DNA of 43,680 nt from Asterionella formosa (lineage: Eukaryota). Numbering within the stretch: position 1 is the first letter of the stretch; each line of letters starts with the position of its first letter. The notes below the pieces were generated by a model. The model did no database searches, was not told where the DNA came from, and was given only the letters and a program-made list of their open reading frames with translations. The stretch spans positions 1 through 43,680 of the forward strand of contig NKIB01014420.1 of the NCBI GenBank assembly GCA_002256025.1. Direction: 5' to 3'. A program made the position numbers and the translations under genes. This document shows positions 23,255-34,829 of the stretch, one piece after another.

Positions 23255-24339
23255 AGTACCACTACCGCCCCATTGTCTAATGATGCTCCGGCTCTTTAGG
23301 AATATTTGAGGTGTTCTTTTCTGATTCCACTGGTTTTTCTGTTCGCTTTCTTGTTACTAGGAATCAAAGAATTGACACTTTTCCTGTGCCACTTTAGGAA
23401 TGCCTACGTGCTTGGTTTAACTTCCCGTTTCCTTTATGTTTGTTTTCTTTTAATAGATACCAGTTTTCTCATTTATTTTTCATTGGACTTTGTTGATTTG
23501 ACTAGGTCATGAAACGACAGAATCGCCGCCCAAACCTGTAGTTTGAATCTGAAGCAACGCCTACTAAGTTTGTCAAATCTAAAATTTACATGTAGAGTTT
23601 CTGGGGTGTTTGCTCGTTCGTGGAAAATCTCTTCCATTGAATTATTATGTACAAGCATTGCTTTCAACCACAAACTTGATTTTCCACAGAAATACCTCAT
23701 GGTCACTGGCAATATGAATTGACAACCCCACCAATGCAATTTGATGAATCATTGCTGGCTCCACCTCTTCTCCCTCATTCATTTCTCTCTCCCATGACGA
23801 GCATGCATAGCATAGCAAGATCCCACAAATAAATTGAGAACTATAATCTGAGCTCGAAAGTAGCAACGATTTTCACTAAGAAATACGGCAACCAAAATAG
23901 AATTGGTCTAGGGCTTACCCCATTGTAATTTTCTTGCGCACTAGTTCACACTCAGGCGATTTAGCAAAGCCGGAAATTCGAATGGTACAGGGGAACAAAT
24001 GCCAGTATTGCAAGACCCTACTTCATTTTAGTCGCTTTCAAAAATCGATGATTCAGCAAAGTACCGAGAATCTATACCAAATATTCACGAATACGAGAAT
24101 GTTGAGACATAGAGTTGCATTCAGATTGGATTCTCGACAATTGGGTTTGCGTCGGCTATTCGCCAAAGCGTCGCTCGATAACTGAATTTCGTTGTTCGAT
24201 TCCACCGTCACCAGCGTTGCGGTGATGGATGAGGACGAAATCTGTTGTCTTCATTTTATCCTGAAGAATCCCCGTTAACAGCAAGGTGTTCAAACAGTGT
24301 CGTAAAGCTTGATGATTACTACCGATTGGTGCAAAGCGC

Positions 24340-24618
24340 TCAAAACCAACTCTGATCCAAGGGAACAGTAGGGTCACCTTCTTTTTGATCTTCGCACATT
24401 TCCTTCTTGTCTGCTCTTTCCAGTGCCTTCCTGCATAATTCACTAGCACGTCGAAGTCGCTCCATTCTGTCACCCATTGCTTTCAAGTCGTCTCTCGCGC
24501 ACTCCAGCATATGAAGCGTTGCGCCGAACGCAAGGCGCATCTTTCGGATCAGTTCAAGCTCAATGTCTTCCTTGGTTTTCTGACACTTTACCTCACTATT
24601 GCTACGTTCCCTCGACAT
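24340..24618 (-). CDS. Small coiled-coil protein (92 aa), weakly Duo1/DASH-like
   Basis: ATG-to-stop ORF with an amphipathic helix ELELIRKM...LECARDDL...ASELCRKAL. Confidence 0.55.
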   Translation of the reverse strand: MSRERSNSEVKCQKTKEDIELELIRKMRLAFGATLHMLECARDDLKAMGDRMERLRRASELCRKALERADKKEMCEDQKEGDPTVPLDQSWF

Positions 24619-24710
24619 GCTGCGATTGCCTCGCGAACATCACCTCGATAAAAAGTAATAATACATCAGCTTCTGCATTTTTTACTTAATGCATCAACCA
24701 TCACAGTGTG

Positions 24711-24820
24711 CACCAGGTATTGCTATCTGGTACCTGGTACCTGGTACCAGGTACGGTACCACCATACCTGGTACCAGGTACCTAGTACCATGCATACCAC
24801 TACTAATAATTTAAGTACCG
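24711..24820. repeat. GGTACC(A/T) heptamer array
   Basis: ctggtacctggtacctggtaccaggtacggtacc...cctggtaccaggtacctagtacc. Confidence 0.88.
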
Positions 24821-25223
24821 GTAAGCAAAGGAATCACGGACCTGATGTACACTAGATTTTCCATGTGGTACCTGGTACCGATGTTATATGAAAACCTGCG
24901 TAGTGATGCAGTTAGTTGATAAGTTGATAATATAATAGTAAACCACTTCTAATAATTAAAGTAAGCAAAGGAATCACGGACCTGATGTACACTAGATTTT
25001 CCATGTGGTACCTGGTACCGATGTTATATGAAAACCTGCGTAGTGATGCAGTTAGTTGATAAGTTGATAATATAATAGTAAACCACTTCTAATAATTAAA
25101 GTAAGCAAAGGAATCACGGACCTGATGTACACTAGATTTTCCATGTGGTACCTGGTACCGATGTTATATGAAAACCTGCGTAGTGATGCAGTTAGTTGAT
25201 AAGTTGATAATATAATAGTAAAC
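24821..25223. repeat. Perfect 140-bp tandem repeat, ~2.9 copies
   Basis: Units start at 24821, 24961 and 25101 (gtaagcaaaggaatcacgg...). No differences are visible, and each unit contains ggtacctggtacc. Confidence 0.97.
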
Positions 25224-25624
25224 TTCTTGGTGGAAATCGTAGAATAGTACGGTACCTGGTACCCTCATACATAATGGAGTGTACTCGGAGTACTTGATAA
25301 ACCAAGGTACGACCTATGGCTACGTAGCCTCATCCAATCATCTGAGTTCCAACCACAACCATCGAATTCTTTTCTAAACAATTGGTGTCGTGCGCAATTA
25401 CGGTATGTTTGCTTATAATACATACTACATATCATATATATGAAAAGATGAAATAAATTTGATCCTTCTTCATTTTCAATCTCGCTCGTCCAACAGCCTC
25501 AGTCACTACTACGTACGAATCGAATCGCTTGCATCTCCGTGATTTGTGACTTTGACAAGCCCACTATTTACCTTTTACATCCCTCGGCACCTATATTTTG
25601 TCTTGAAAGTCAAGCGAAATCATC

Positions 25625-26203
25625 ATGATCTCACCGGATAGAGGGGAAGATACCGGAGATGAAATCGAAGCATCAAGGAAACGAGCACTCGTGACACCCG
25701 AACTTCAGATGCCAACCTTCCATGATGATGCCACATCTTTTCCAACGCGTGAAATGGCACGCTTGCGCTACCTCTTTGACCTTTTGGAGGTGCCTCAGGA
25801 ATTGCTAGATAGACTGCCATTGCCCACAAGCATTAATACTTTTGAGGGTCCTGGCCCAGAATTTGCGACCCTGGACGACGCCATGGCTTATCTTGATGTG
25901 ACGCCACAGATTCTGGACGTGGTCTCTCTTATTGTTCGAGAAATGGCGCCTCGAGATGCTCTTGCTCTGCTTCTAGTGAATGACCCAGTTCTCCACGAGA
26001 ATCTATCGTCCTCACTGACGCTATTCTTGTCTCGCAAGGTCTCAAGGACTATAATAGAATACTCTCAAGGGAAGGGACAGAGGGAGCACTTTGTCCTTGA
26101 CACGGCGATTACATCACTTTCTGCAATGACTGAAGAAGCCATCGATTCCATGGAGGCTCAGATGCAGCTTGTGATTCCCATTGCAGAGATAGAGTTGACA
26201 TAG
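25625..26203 (+). CDS. Hypothetical protein (192 aa)
   Basis: Uninterrupted ATG-to-stop ORF of gene-like composition; no recognised motif. Confidence 0.6.
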   Translation: MISPDRGEDTGDEIEASRKRALVTPELQMPTFHDDATSFPTREMARLRYLFDLLEVPQELLDRLPLPTSINTFEGPGPEFATLDDAMAYLDVTPQILDVVSLIVREMAPRDALALLLVNDPVLHENLSSSLTLFLSRKVSRTIIEYSQGKGQREHFVLDTAITSLSAMTEEAIDSMEAQMQLVIPIAEIELT

Positions 26204-26904
26204 CCTTTTAGCAAGATATGTGGATCGTTTTTAAAAAGGGGAATATAGCTGTCAGCAGGGGAGCGTAAAGGGAAGATGAAAATCAGATTGAGTAAGATGT
26301 ATATTTAATAAGATGTACAACAGTCTTTGTTTCACCAAAAGTGGCTAGTCTACTGTATCTGGTACGGAGAACTCTTTACTCATTACTTCCATGATACAAT
26401 TGCACTTTGCAGCACACAATCTTGAAGTGTTCTTCGATAGACCTTGCAAGCAATGATGGTTCTGAAAGTATGCATGTCCTCAAGGTGAGCTCTCGGGACA
26501 GTCCTCATTAGGTTCCTTTCAGGTTTTACATGGTCTGGAGACCTCGACATTCCTGGCTGGTCGTGGTCTCAAGCCATATGAAAATGTGCGTACGCACCAG
26601 GTCGTGGGGTGGTGTCGTAGTTACCAACCGGGGACCGTAACTACCTGGTACCTGGTAACTGGTACTATGTACCGGTCAGCAACTACCAGGTACGGTACCA
26701 ACCAGTACAGTGGTCACCACCAACATGCATGGGTAAAATGTTATGTAGTGTACCGGGATATAAATATATATTTAGTTACGATTGTTTCATTGCTTCTCAT
26801 CTGCAAGTGTATCCCGGTATTTGTTGTTGTGTTGTTGTAAAACAATTCAGCGTTTGCTTACCGGTCATAATATTGTTTGTGTCGATCACTGTGGATTCAA
26901 GATT

Positions 26905-27698
26905 ATGATCAGCCCATCTTTTAGCTTCTTCTGCCTCATTCTCGTTCTCCTGTCCTCCAAAACATGCGTTTCTGAGAAGGTGCCCATGGAGAAGGCAATA
27001 ATTCCGAAAATGGATCCGATACCGTGAGTTTTGCTGGACCGCGAATGTTGCTGAATTCCATTTGTTCCACACAACTTACCGGTACTTTTTTCATCCACAG
27101 TATGCTCCCAGAAGTGACCAACAAGGTCTTTATAGATATATCCATTGATGGAGACGAAGAAGGCTCTGGAAGAATCGTTCTAGGTCTCTTTGGAACAGTT
27201 GCGCCGAAAGCAGTCAAGAACTTTAGAGCCCTCTGCGCTTGCGACTTTGGATTAGGAAAAATTACCGGCAAACCTCTTTGTTACAAAGGATCTACGTTTC
27301 ACCGAGTGATTCCAGATTTTATGATTCAAGGGGGAGACTTTACTCATGGAGATGGTACTGGTGGAGAATCCATTTATGGTCATCGATTTGAAGACGACGC
27401 ACTTGGGCTAGCTACAAAGCACAACCGACGATACCTCCTTTCAATGGCCAATTCGGGGAAAAATACCAATGGATCCCAGTTCTTTATCAACACAGTCAAG
27501 ACTCAATGGCTAGATGGCAAGCATGTTGTATTCGGAGTTGTGTTGGAAGGAGTAGGAGTAGTAAAGGCTATTGAACGGCAGGGAAGCAGCGGGGGTCGTC
27601 CTCATCAAATTATCCACATTCACGATTCTGGAGTGCTCGAACTAACTGAGAAGGATAAGCAACCAATCCCGGTTTCGATGCACCCAGAAAACTCCTAA
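26905..27698 (+). CDS. Cyclophilin-type peptidyl-prolyl cis-trans isomerase with signal peptide; intron 27024-27100
   Basis: Motifs [43 protein letters not shown] and [10 protein letters not shown]. Exon 1 (26905-27023) encodes a hydrophobic leader and splices in frame. Confidence 0.93.
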
Positions 27699-27771
27699 AT
27701 AAGTCAAGGAAATAAATTTTGCCCCTTTATTGAAGAACATGGTCCACATTTTATTCTCACTACTGTGCGTC

Positions 27772-29463
27772 CTAAATTAGATCAGCCACGTCCATCGGCA
27801 TCTCAGTAATCTCAGTAGTGTAAAACTGTTCAATATCACGAAGATAACGCACATCTGCCTCAGTAAGGAAATTGATAGCAACACCCTTACGACCGAATCG
27901 ACCAGAACGTCCAATACGATGAATGTAGTTCTCGCGGTTGGTGGGCAGGTCAAAGTTGATGACCAACGAAACTTGCTGGACATCAATACCACGGGCCAGC
28001 AAATCGGTGGTAATCAACACACGAGACGATCCACTACGAAACTCACGCATAATAATGTCACGCTCACGCTGGTCCATATCTCCGTGCATACATGAGACAG
28101 TGAAATCACGTTTCTGCATCTCTTCTTGAAGCCAGTCGACCTTGCGTCGAGTATTGCAGTAGATAATGGCTTGGGTAATGGTGAGAGTCTCGTAAAGATC
28201 GCAGAGAGTCTCCAGTTTCCACTCTTCACGCTCCACAGCAATGTAAAATTGCTTGATACCTTCTAGTGTCAATTCGTCCTTCTTGACCAAAATGCGGACA
28301 GGATCGCGCATGAAGCGCTGGGTGACCTCCAGGACATCCAGCGGCATCGTCGCCGAGAAAAGGCAGACCTGGACTGTTTCAGGAAGAAACTTGAAAATGT
28401 CGTAGATCTGGTCCTTGAACCCTCTCGATAACATCTCATCGGCTTCATCCAAGAAGAACTGACGAATCGAGTCAAGACGCAGAGCCCGACGGTTGATCAT
28501 GTCGTAAACACGCCCAGGGGTTCCAACGACAATGTGAACACCGGCCTGCAGGGTGCGAATATCATCACGGACGGCAGTTCCTCCGACACATGCATGAACC
28601 TGAACGTCCATGTAGTCACCGAGTGCGACTACAACTTTCTGAATCTGCTGAGCCAGCTCACGGGTAGGCGCCAAAATCAGAGCTTGACACTCACGAAGCT
28701 TGGCGTCAAGGGTGGAGAGGGTTCCAATGGCAAAGGTGGCAGTTTTACCCTGAAGAAAGATGAAAGCAAGAATGTTAGCCAATGCGACGAAGTAAAGCAT
28801 CGAGACAACGAAAGAGAATCACTCAAAGGTCTGATTTCGAGTGTTATGTTTTCAGACATTTAGAGGGTAACTCTTATTCAGACTCGAAAGATGGTGTTTC
28901 ACATGGATCATCACTCCTTCGACAGGATTCTCCATCATGCCTCCGCAAAACTTACAGTACCGGATTGGGCTTGGGCAATCAAGTCACGCCCCAACATTGT
29001 GGGCTTGATAGCTCTCTGCTGAATAGCAGAGGGTTTTTCGAAACCGTAGGCGTAGATCCCGCGAAGGAGTTCCTCGGGGAGTTCCATGCCATCAAAGGTT
29101 TCAATGGTTTCTTCCCAGTTGGAGTCGATGTCAGCATCGGTCAATCCACCTGGGGGAGCATCATCTCCCCCCTCATTAGAAGGGGGCTGGTCACTGTATT
29201 CCAAGAAGGGCGCCAGTGTTAGAAAGGAGCGAAGTCGAAAAATAAATCCATCCGCAATCCGCAATCGTGCCCCTATCAGCTACCCTACGGTAGACTCATA
29301 ACCTCGAGAGTATCGACGAGCTACTTCAGGTCCAACTGGTGGGTGCATCGGCGCTTCGTCCTCAATCCAATCAACAAAGCGCTCACGTGCAGCATTCAGA
29401 TCTTGATGGTCTACATGGCGTCGCTGCTTATGAATCTTACCTGTAGTTCTCCTCTTCGCTCAT
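27772..29463 (-). CDS. EIF4A: Eukaryotic initiation factor 4A (DEAD-box helicase). Exons 29463-29441, 29193-28956, 28749-27772
   Basis: Motifs [21 protein letters not shown] across intron 2, [32 protein letters not shown] and [13 protein letters not shown]. The splice phases are consistent. Confidence 0.96.
28847..28920 (-). ncRNA. Intronic C/D-box snoRNA, SNORD2/snR39B-like
   Basis: On the minus strand: C box GTGATGA (28914-28908), guide CACCATCTTTCG complementary to conserved LSU rRNA CGAAAGAUGGUG, D' CTGA (28881-28878), D CTGA (28855-28852), and a flanking external stem. Confidence 0.8.
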
Positions 29464-29814
29464 CGTCAATGGCCCAAAGAGGAGACCAAAGAAGTGAGGT
29501 CCACATCAAAACCGCTGGGCAAGGGCAGCCACAGCCTGCCATTCAGAAATGCTGCCAAGAGGCAGCACACTGTGTACAATCCTACGTTGCTCCTTCGCAT
29601 GTAACTACTGGTACACTACCTGTATGTCCAGTACATATGCATACCGGTATAGCAATAGAGAATCACATGATTGATTGGTTCACATAAATGTTGCCGCTAA
29701 AGCAACAACCTCGTCCAGACATGCAGACCAGCAGACTTGCTGGTGCGGCTGCCCCGCCCCCGAAGGTATCACATTCAAGCACGTACAGACATGCAGACCA
29801 CACAACTTCCCCAC

Positions 29815-29885
29815 CCCAGGTACTGGTACCAGGTCCAGGTACCAGGTACCCTGGTAGTAAAGTAACAGGTACCAGGTACCAGGTG
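29815..29885. repeat. GGTACC(A/T) heptamer array upstream of eIF4A
   Basis: caggtactggtaccaggtccaggtaccaggtaccctggtag...caggtaccaggtaccagg. Confidence 0.88.
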
Positions 29886-29999
29886 AGCGATCCTGCATAT
29901 CGATACAGATGTATATAGGGTTGGGGTTATATCAAATATATCAGCGCTCAATGATGAGAGAACTCGACTAACGCCTATTGTATACTTTGGTGTCAACTT

Positions 30000-30370
30000 A
30001 GGAAATGAGTTGTACGCAAGAAGGTGTTTGACCAACATTGCCTTATTGGATTGGTTGAATGTGGAAGTACACCCAGAAGATCAATCCTACAATAGTTTCG
30101 ATGAAGCGATGGTTTTATGGTTATATGATCATTTACCAAACAAGAGTTTTCAACATCAACAACAATGGATGCTACACTACTTATCTAAACCCTTTTCTAT
30201 GTTGGTAATGGATTTCGGAGCTCACATAAAAAATTTGAATAGGCTACTTCAACTAATGCCTATCCAGAATACTATCAAAACAGATTGTCAAAAGAAGATA
30301 TGCGGATTATTATCATCCATTCTATGCCTGATGAGTGGCAACAAGAGTTTGAATTGAATTATGCTAAAAA
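30000..30370 (+). mobile_element. Degenerate Gypsy-like gag relic
   Basis: Fragments QQQWMLHYLSKPFSM..DFGAHIKNLNRLLQLMP and, after a frameshift, IIIHSMPDEWQQEFE. These resemble stramenopile Ty3/Gypsy gag patterns as I recall them. Confidence 0.45.
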
Positions 30371-32438
30371 TTCAGACCAATTAATTTGCTTGGTTCTTGC
30401 TTAATTTTGAGAGTTAATGATGGGTAATCCCTTGCTTGGTGACATGATAGCACAAAAAGCAAGCAAATAAATCTTACCTTCTTAAAAGCATCCATTGCTT
30501 ACTATCTCAATGTTGCATCATTCCACCTTCTGCTGTTGCAACAAACAATATATGAGTTCTTGGCTGATGAAGGATTTGTTAACGGTGAGGCGATGAACAG
30601 CTACTAGAAGAGGGATGCTTGTTTTAAGGGTCATCCCCATGTTGAAAACATATTGTTTTGCACAATGGTTGTTAAATGTTGTCTTTATGAATTCAGAGGG
30701 TCAAAAATCCTGGCGCAGCCATGACTTCATCTTTGTACCAACAGAGCCTACAATCTACATGAATAAACCTGGTGCAGTCTTACCTCATCGGGAAAAATTC
30801 TGATGCTACAAGTGTGAGGACCTAAAACAAATATGACAAGAAGGAGAGGACACAGCCAATGGTTACTCTTAATATATTCACAGTACAAATGCCATATTCT
30901 ATTGTAACATAGGGCAAACCTACAGTTCCACAGTACGCACGTAGAAATGAGTACAGTTTCACAGTACGAACAGCATAATTCCTCTGGTAACAAGAAGGGG
31001 AAGAGGGAAATACTGGTAGCTAGGGCAAACCTACCACAGTCTCACACTTGTAACGATGACCTGGGTTCTACCAGCCAGGAGTACCTGGTAGTGGTACTAT
31101 ACAGTATAGCTATTTGTTAGTATGTCTGAGTGCAGCATCAAAAGACTCAAGGTACCAGGTACCTGGTACCTGCTAGTATGTATCATAGCCCTGTGTTGGC
31201 CTTGTATACCGGTACCTGGTCCCAGCTACCTATTCATTAGCTGAGGTCAACACACTCAGCATCACGATGCTGTTCCAGATATATTCACAATACAGGTATG
31301 TTATTCATATTTTTTCTTTAGAACTCATACGAAATATAGTTAATGTAATAGAATAAGAGAATTCATATTGGATGCTGACAATATCGATGGTAAGGATGAT
31401 TGTTGATATACTTCATGCACCCAGCAGTTGCCAAAAACCACATCGCTTCGATTTTCTCCATCAATTCATGCCCGATAGCACTCCGAAGATTTGCAGTCGA
31501 TAACACACACTAATTCGAATAGATATTTATTTTAGCATTTTAAATTCAATATTAAATGATTCGTTCCATACCTGTTTTGTGCTCATTAGGGTTGGTTGTT
31601 GCTTACATCATGAATCATGTCGCGATATTTCTCGAGATCCATTTCGCTCCGTTTTTCTCAATCAAATAAGGGCAAATTGCAATCATCCAATTAGTAGTGA
31701 GGTTGTCTTTTGCAATGATTTATCCTCTAAAAAATTTTATCTTGAACTTTTAAAATATTTAGTTGTAACATCAACTATTCCTGCCTTGGAAATAACCTTA
31801 TGATTGTGAACCATCACGTGGAACCACGACAATTAATCTTGTTCAGTATAATAGTAAATATTATTTACGTGAAGTGCACAACCATATGAATTAAGACACC
31901 ACTATAGCATGAATTAAGACTCCACAAATATCCTTACTATTTCATAAAGGAAGATTCATGTCGTCAATGAATTAGCCTCAAGAGCAGGACTTAGTTGAAC
32001 TTTGAAATGAATTATTTCAAACATCAACTAATTCAGTCTTGACTTCAAATTTTTTGTGAAATCTTCACATGAAACCGTTAAAAGTAAAAATTTTCTATGG
32101 GAAGAGTAGCATTAATTCATGTGAAGTACCATATAATTAACACTCCTACGTAGAACAAATTTCGAAAAGTGGCGTATTTCGCGGCTTAGATGTTGCTTTG
32201 CAGAAATAAGCCTATTTTTGTGTATTGGTGAGAGCATGGACTCGGAAGAATCCTATGGCTTGATGCAGATTCCACATACACTGGGTAGCCTTTTATAGTC
32301 CTGGTATTTCAATAAACCCTAAACATAAATTTTTCCACGCCTAATATCGCTAGCAAATCCCGATTACAATGGCGCTCAAATGTTATTGCTTTTCTCGTGT
32401 TGTCATTGAACTCAGCCTCTTCAAGGCCCGGTTAATCA

Positions 32439-32960
32439 TTATTCCATAATTTTACAACCATGAGACCTTTCCATGACGTTGAACATCTCAATTGACTGGG
32501 TTAGTATTATAGAATAAGATATTATCCATAGCTATCTCTTTCTTGGAACAACAATGACCAACACCATGGAATGGTCACCATGTCATGCTGCAGCATGAAC
32601 ACACAAACTTGAAATGATTGGTTCCTACTGCTAGTTATTCCATAACTTTTTTACTAGCTAGTATATGAGACCTTTCCATGACGTTGAATATCTCAATTGA
32701 CTGAGGAGTATTATAGAATAATATAGTATCCATATCTCATTATTGGAACAATGACCAACACCATGGAAGGGTCATCATGTCATGTTGTAGCATAAGCACA
32801 CAATTGAAATGATATGATCCCACTTCTTGTTTGGGAATGGTACATTTGCAGTACTGATTTCTTCGATAACGCTGCTATGAAAATGAGACCTTTCCAAGAT
32901 GTGGTACAGATTAAGTCACTGGGGGAACTAGTTTAGAATAAAATATAGCATCCATATTAG
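32439..32960. repeat. Diverged ~200-220-bp tandem repeat (2 good copies and 1 decayed)
   Basis: atgagacctttcca at ~32460, ~32664 and ~32883; tattatagaataa and acaatgaccaacaccatggaa also recur. Confidence 0.8.
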
Positions 32961-33268
32961 TTTCTTGCTACATTGATGAGAACCAAGGTCAGGTCACTAG
33001 AGGGCATTATAATATAAGATAGTATCAATATCTTAGAAAGGACAACATTCCTATTACCTGATTCGCTATGAGATGTCTTGTATGATAAACCCTACTACCG
33101 GTAAACACCAAGCATAGCCCTATCTTGATAATCTATACTTATCAAGTCAACCTACTGCTAGGAGTGCGCAATTTGCGCGCACGTGCGAATTGCTCACATT
33201 GTTCTTGATCAGTAGGTATACTGTACGGAAAATTTACTAGTATCAGCATACCAGAGTACCGTTATATT

Positions 33269-33435
33269 TGTTAATACCTACATATGGTATTCCGTACGCT
33301 CAACGTACAATACATACCGGTGTAACCACCAGATTAGATACATGTGTGAGTGCTAATAACAATGCACTCGTGACAGCAATAGAATAGACATAAAATTGTA
33401 ACTCACCTTTATTCACGATAAGGTTCCCCTCAACA
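33269..33435 (+). repeat. 5' LTR (167 bp)
   Basis: tgttaatacc...cccctcaaca; 155/167 identical to the 3' LTR by manual alignment. Confidence 0.95.
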
Positions 33436-33594
33436 GAGTTACAATAACTGCTCTCTCCCCGTTGTCTGCAGCACTTGTGCCATTGCGGCCTACGTTGGCT
33501 GAGTCATCGGTGTTTTTCACGCGCCTGTGCCCCACCGATTGCCCGCGTTTTTCTCGATTCTCTCCTTTGCCCCTCTTTCCAACCTTCATACATC

Positions 33595-34793
33595 ATGGCG
33601 ACTCCCCTTGTTTCTGCCGTTTTCCCTTTCCCTCATCCGTTCCTAAAGCCGATCGATGGTAAACCTACAGCCCTCATGACGACTGAGACCCGTCTTCGAA
33701 AGGAAATCTTCGCCAATGAGCGCTCTGTACACTGTACAAGCAGCGGTGGCGCTAATGGTTTTCTTGGCATCGTCATGGCTGCTGCGCCTTATCTCCTACG
33801 TGCCGGTGAAGCCTTTTTACCACCCGAGCATCCTGGCACCCAACCGCCGCACAGTGCAACTGCTACACAGTCACAAATCACTGCGGCCAACCGTCTCTAC
33901 GACACCTCCATTGATGCATTCCGCCGATATTCTCAAATCCGCAAAGCCCTTTGTCAACAAACTTTAACGGCCATCGACCCTACTTACTACAACATTCTCG
34001 AAGATGCTACTTTTGGATATGCCGACCTCACTGTGGTGTCTTTACTCTCTCATTTAGAGATTACTTATGCCACATTAAGTGCCGGTGATCTCGAATTTAA
34101 CCGCATGCCGCGTTTAGCTGATGCTTGGACACCTGATGAACCTATCGAGACTTTATGGGTATGCATCAAACATATCCGTGCCATTGCCGATGCCAGCAGT
34201 GAACCGTTATCTGATAGCACTGTCATGCAATTGACTCTTTCCGCATTGGAGCAGGCCGGTGTTTACGCTCATAGTCTTCAAACTCGGCGTGACCGCACCT
34301 CGACCAAACATACATGGGCGAATTTTTGTTCCCATTTCATCCACAGAGATAAGGAATGCTTACGCATGTTAACTGCCACCACTGCTGGATATCATGGTGC
34401 TCCTGCTGCTATTCATACTGGTGGTCATACCTTTTCCTGTCAGGCTTTGCAGCTGCCACTCGAGCTGTCACCACCAGTGGTACTACCCCTATGCCCAGCA
34501 TTTCCGCAGCTGCCCGAGCTGGTGGTACTACCCCTATGCCCAGCATTGCCGCAGCTGCCCAAGCTGTCCCAACTGGATACATATACAACAATATACAATT
34601 AGGATATTGTTGGACTCATGGTCTCACCAAGCACCCCGAACACACCAGTGCCACCTGTAACCATCCTTCTTCTGGTCATCAGCTTAATGCCACACTTGAT
34701 CGATGCATGGGTGGCAGCATACGTATCTTCGGCAATGGTACCTGTACCAACCGCACACCCCGTATCCCCCCACTGCCTACGCCACCTGCTTGA
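33595..34793 (+). pseudogene. Copia gag, frameshifted near 34430-34445
   Basis: MATPLVSAVF...GGANGFLG..., C-terminal knuckle YCWTHG...HTSATC...H in a second frame, and a 45-bp internal tandem repeat at 34477-34566. Confidence 0.85.
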
Positions 34794-34829
34794 TATCGAG
34801 GGGAGCAAGTTGACATTGTTAATAGCCCC

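Noticed and set aside
24821..25223. CRISPR array
   Set aside because: Whole 140-bp units repeat with no unique spacers, there are no cas genes, and the context is eukaryotic.
27024..27100. N-terminus [10 protein letters not shown]... of the cyclophilin ORF
   Set aside because: It is intron sequence; the real first exon is 26905-27023.
28750..28800. Hydrophobic N-terminus [17 protein letters not shown] on eIF4A suggesting secretion
   Set aside because: It is the branch point and pyrimidine tract of intron 2.
28882..28896. rRNA gene fragment on the plus strand
   Set aside because: Only ~12 nt match, and it sits between C/D boxes on the opposite strand, so it is better explained as a snoRNA guide.
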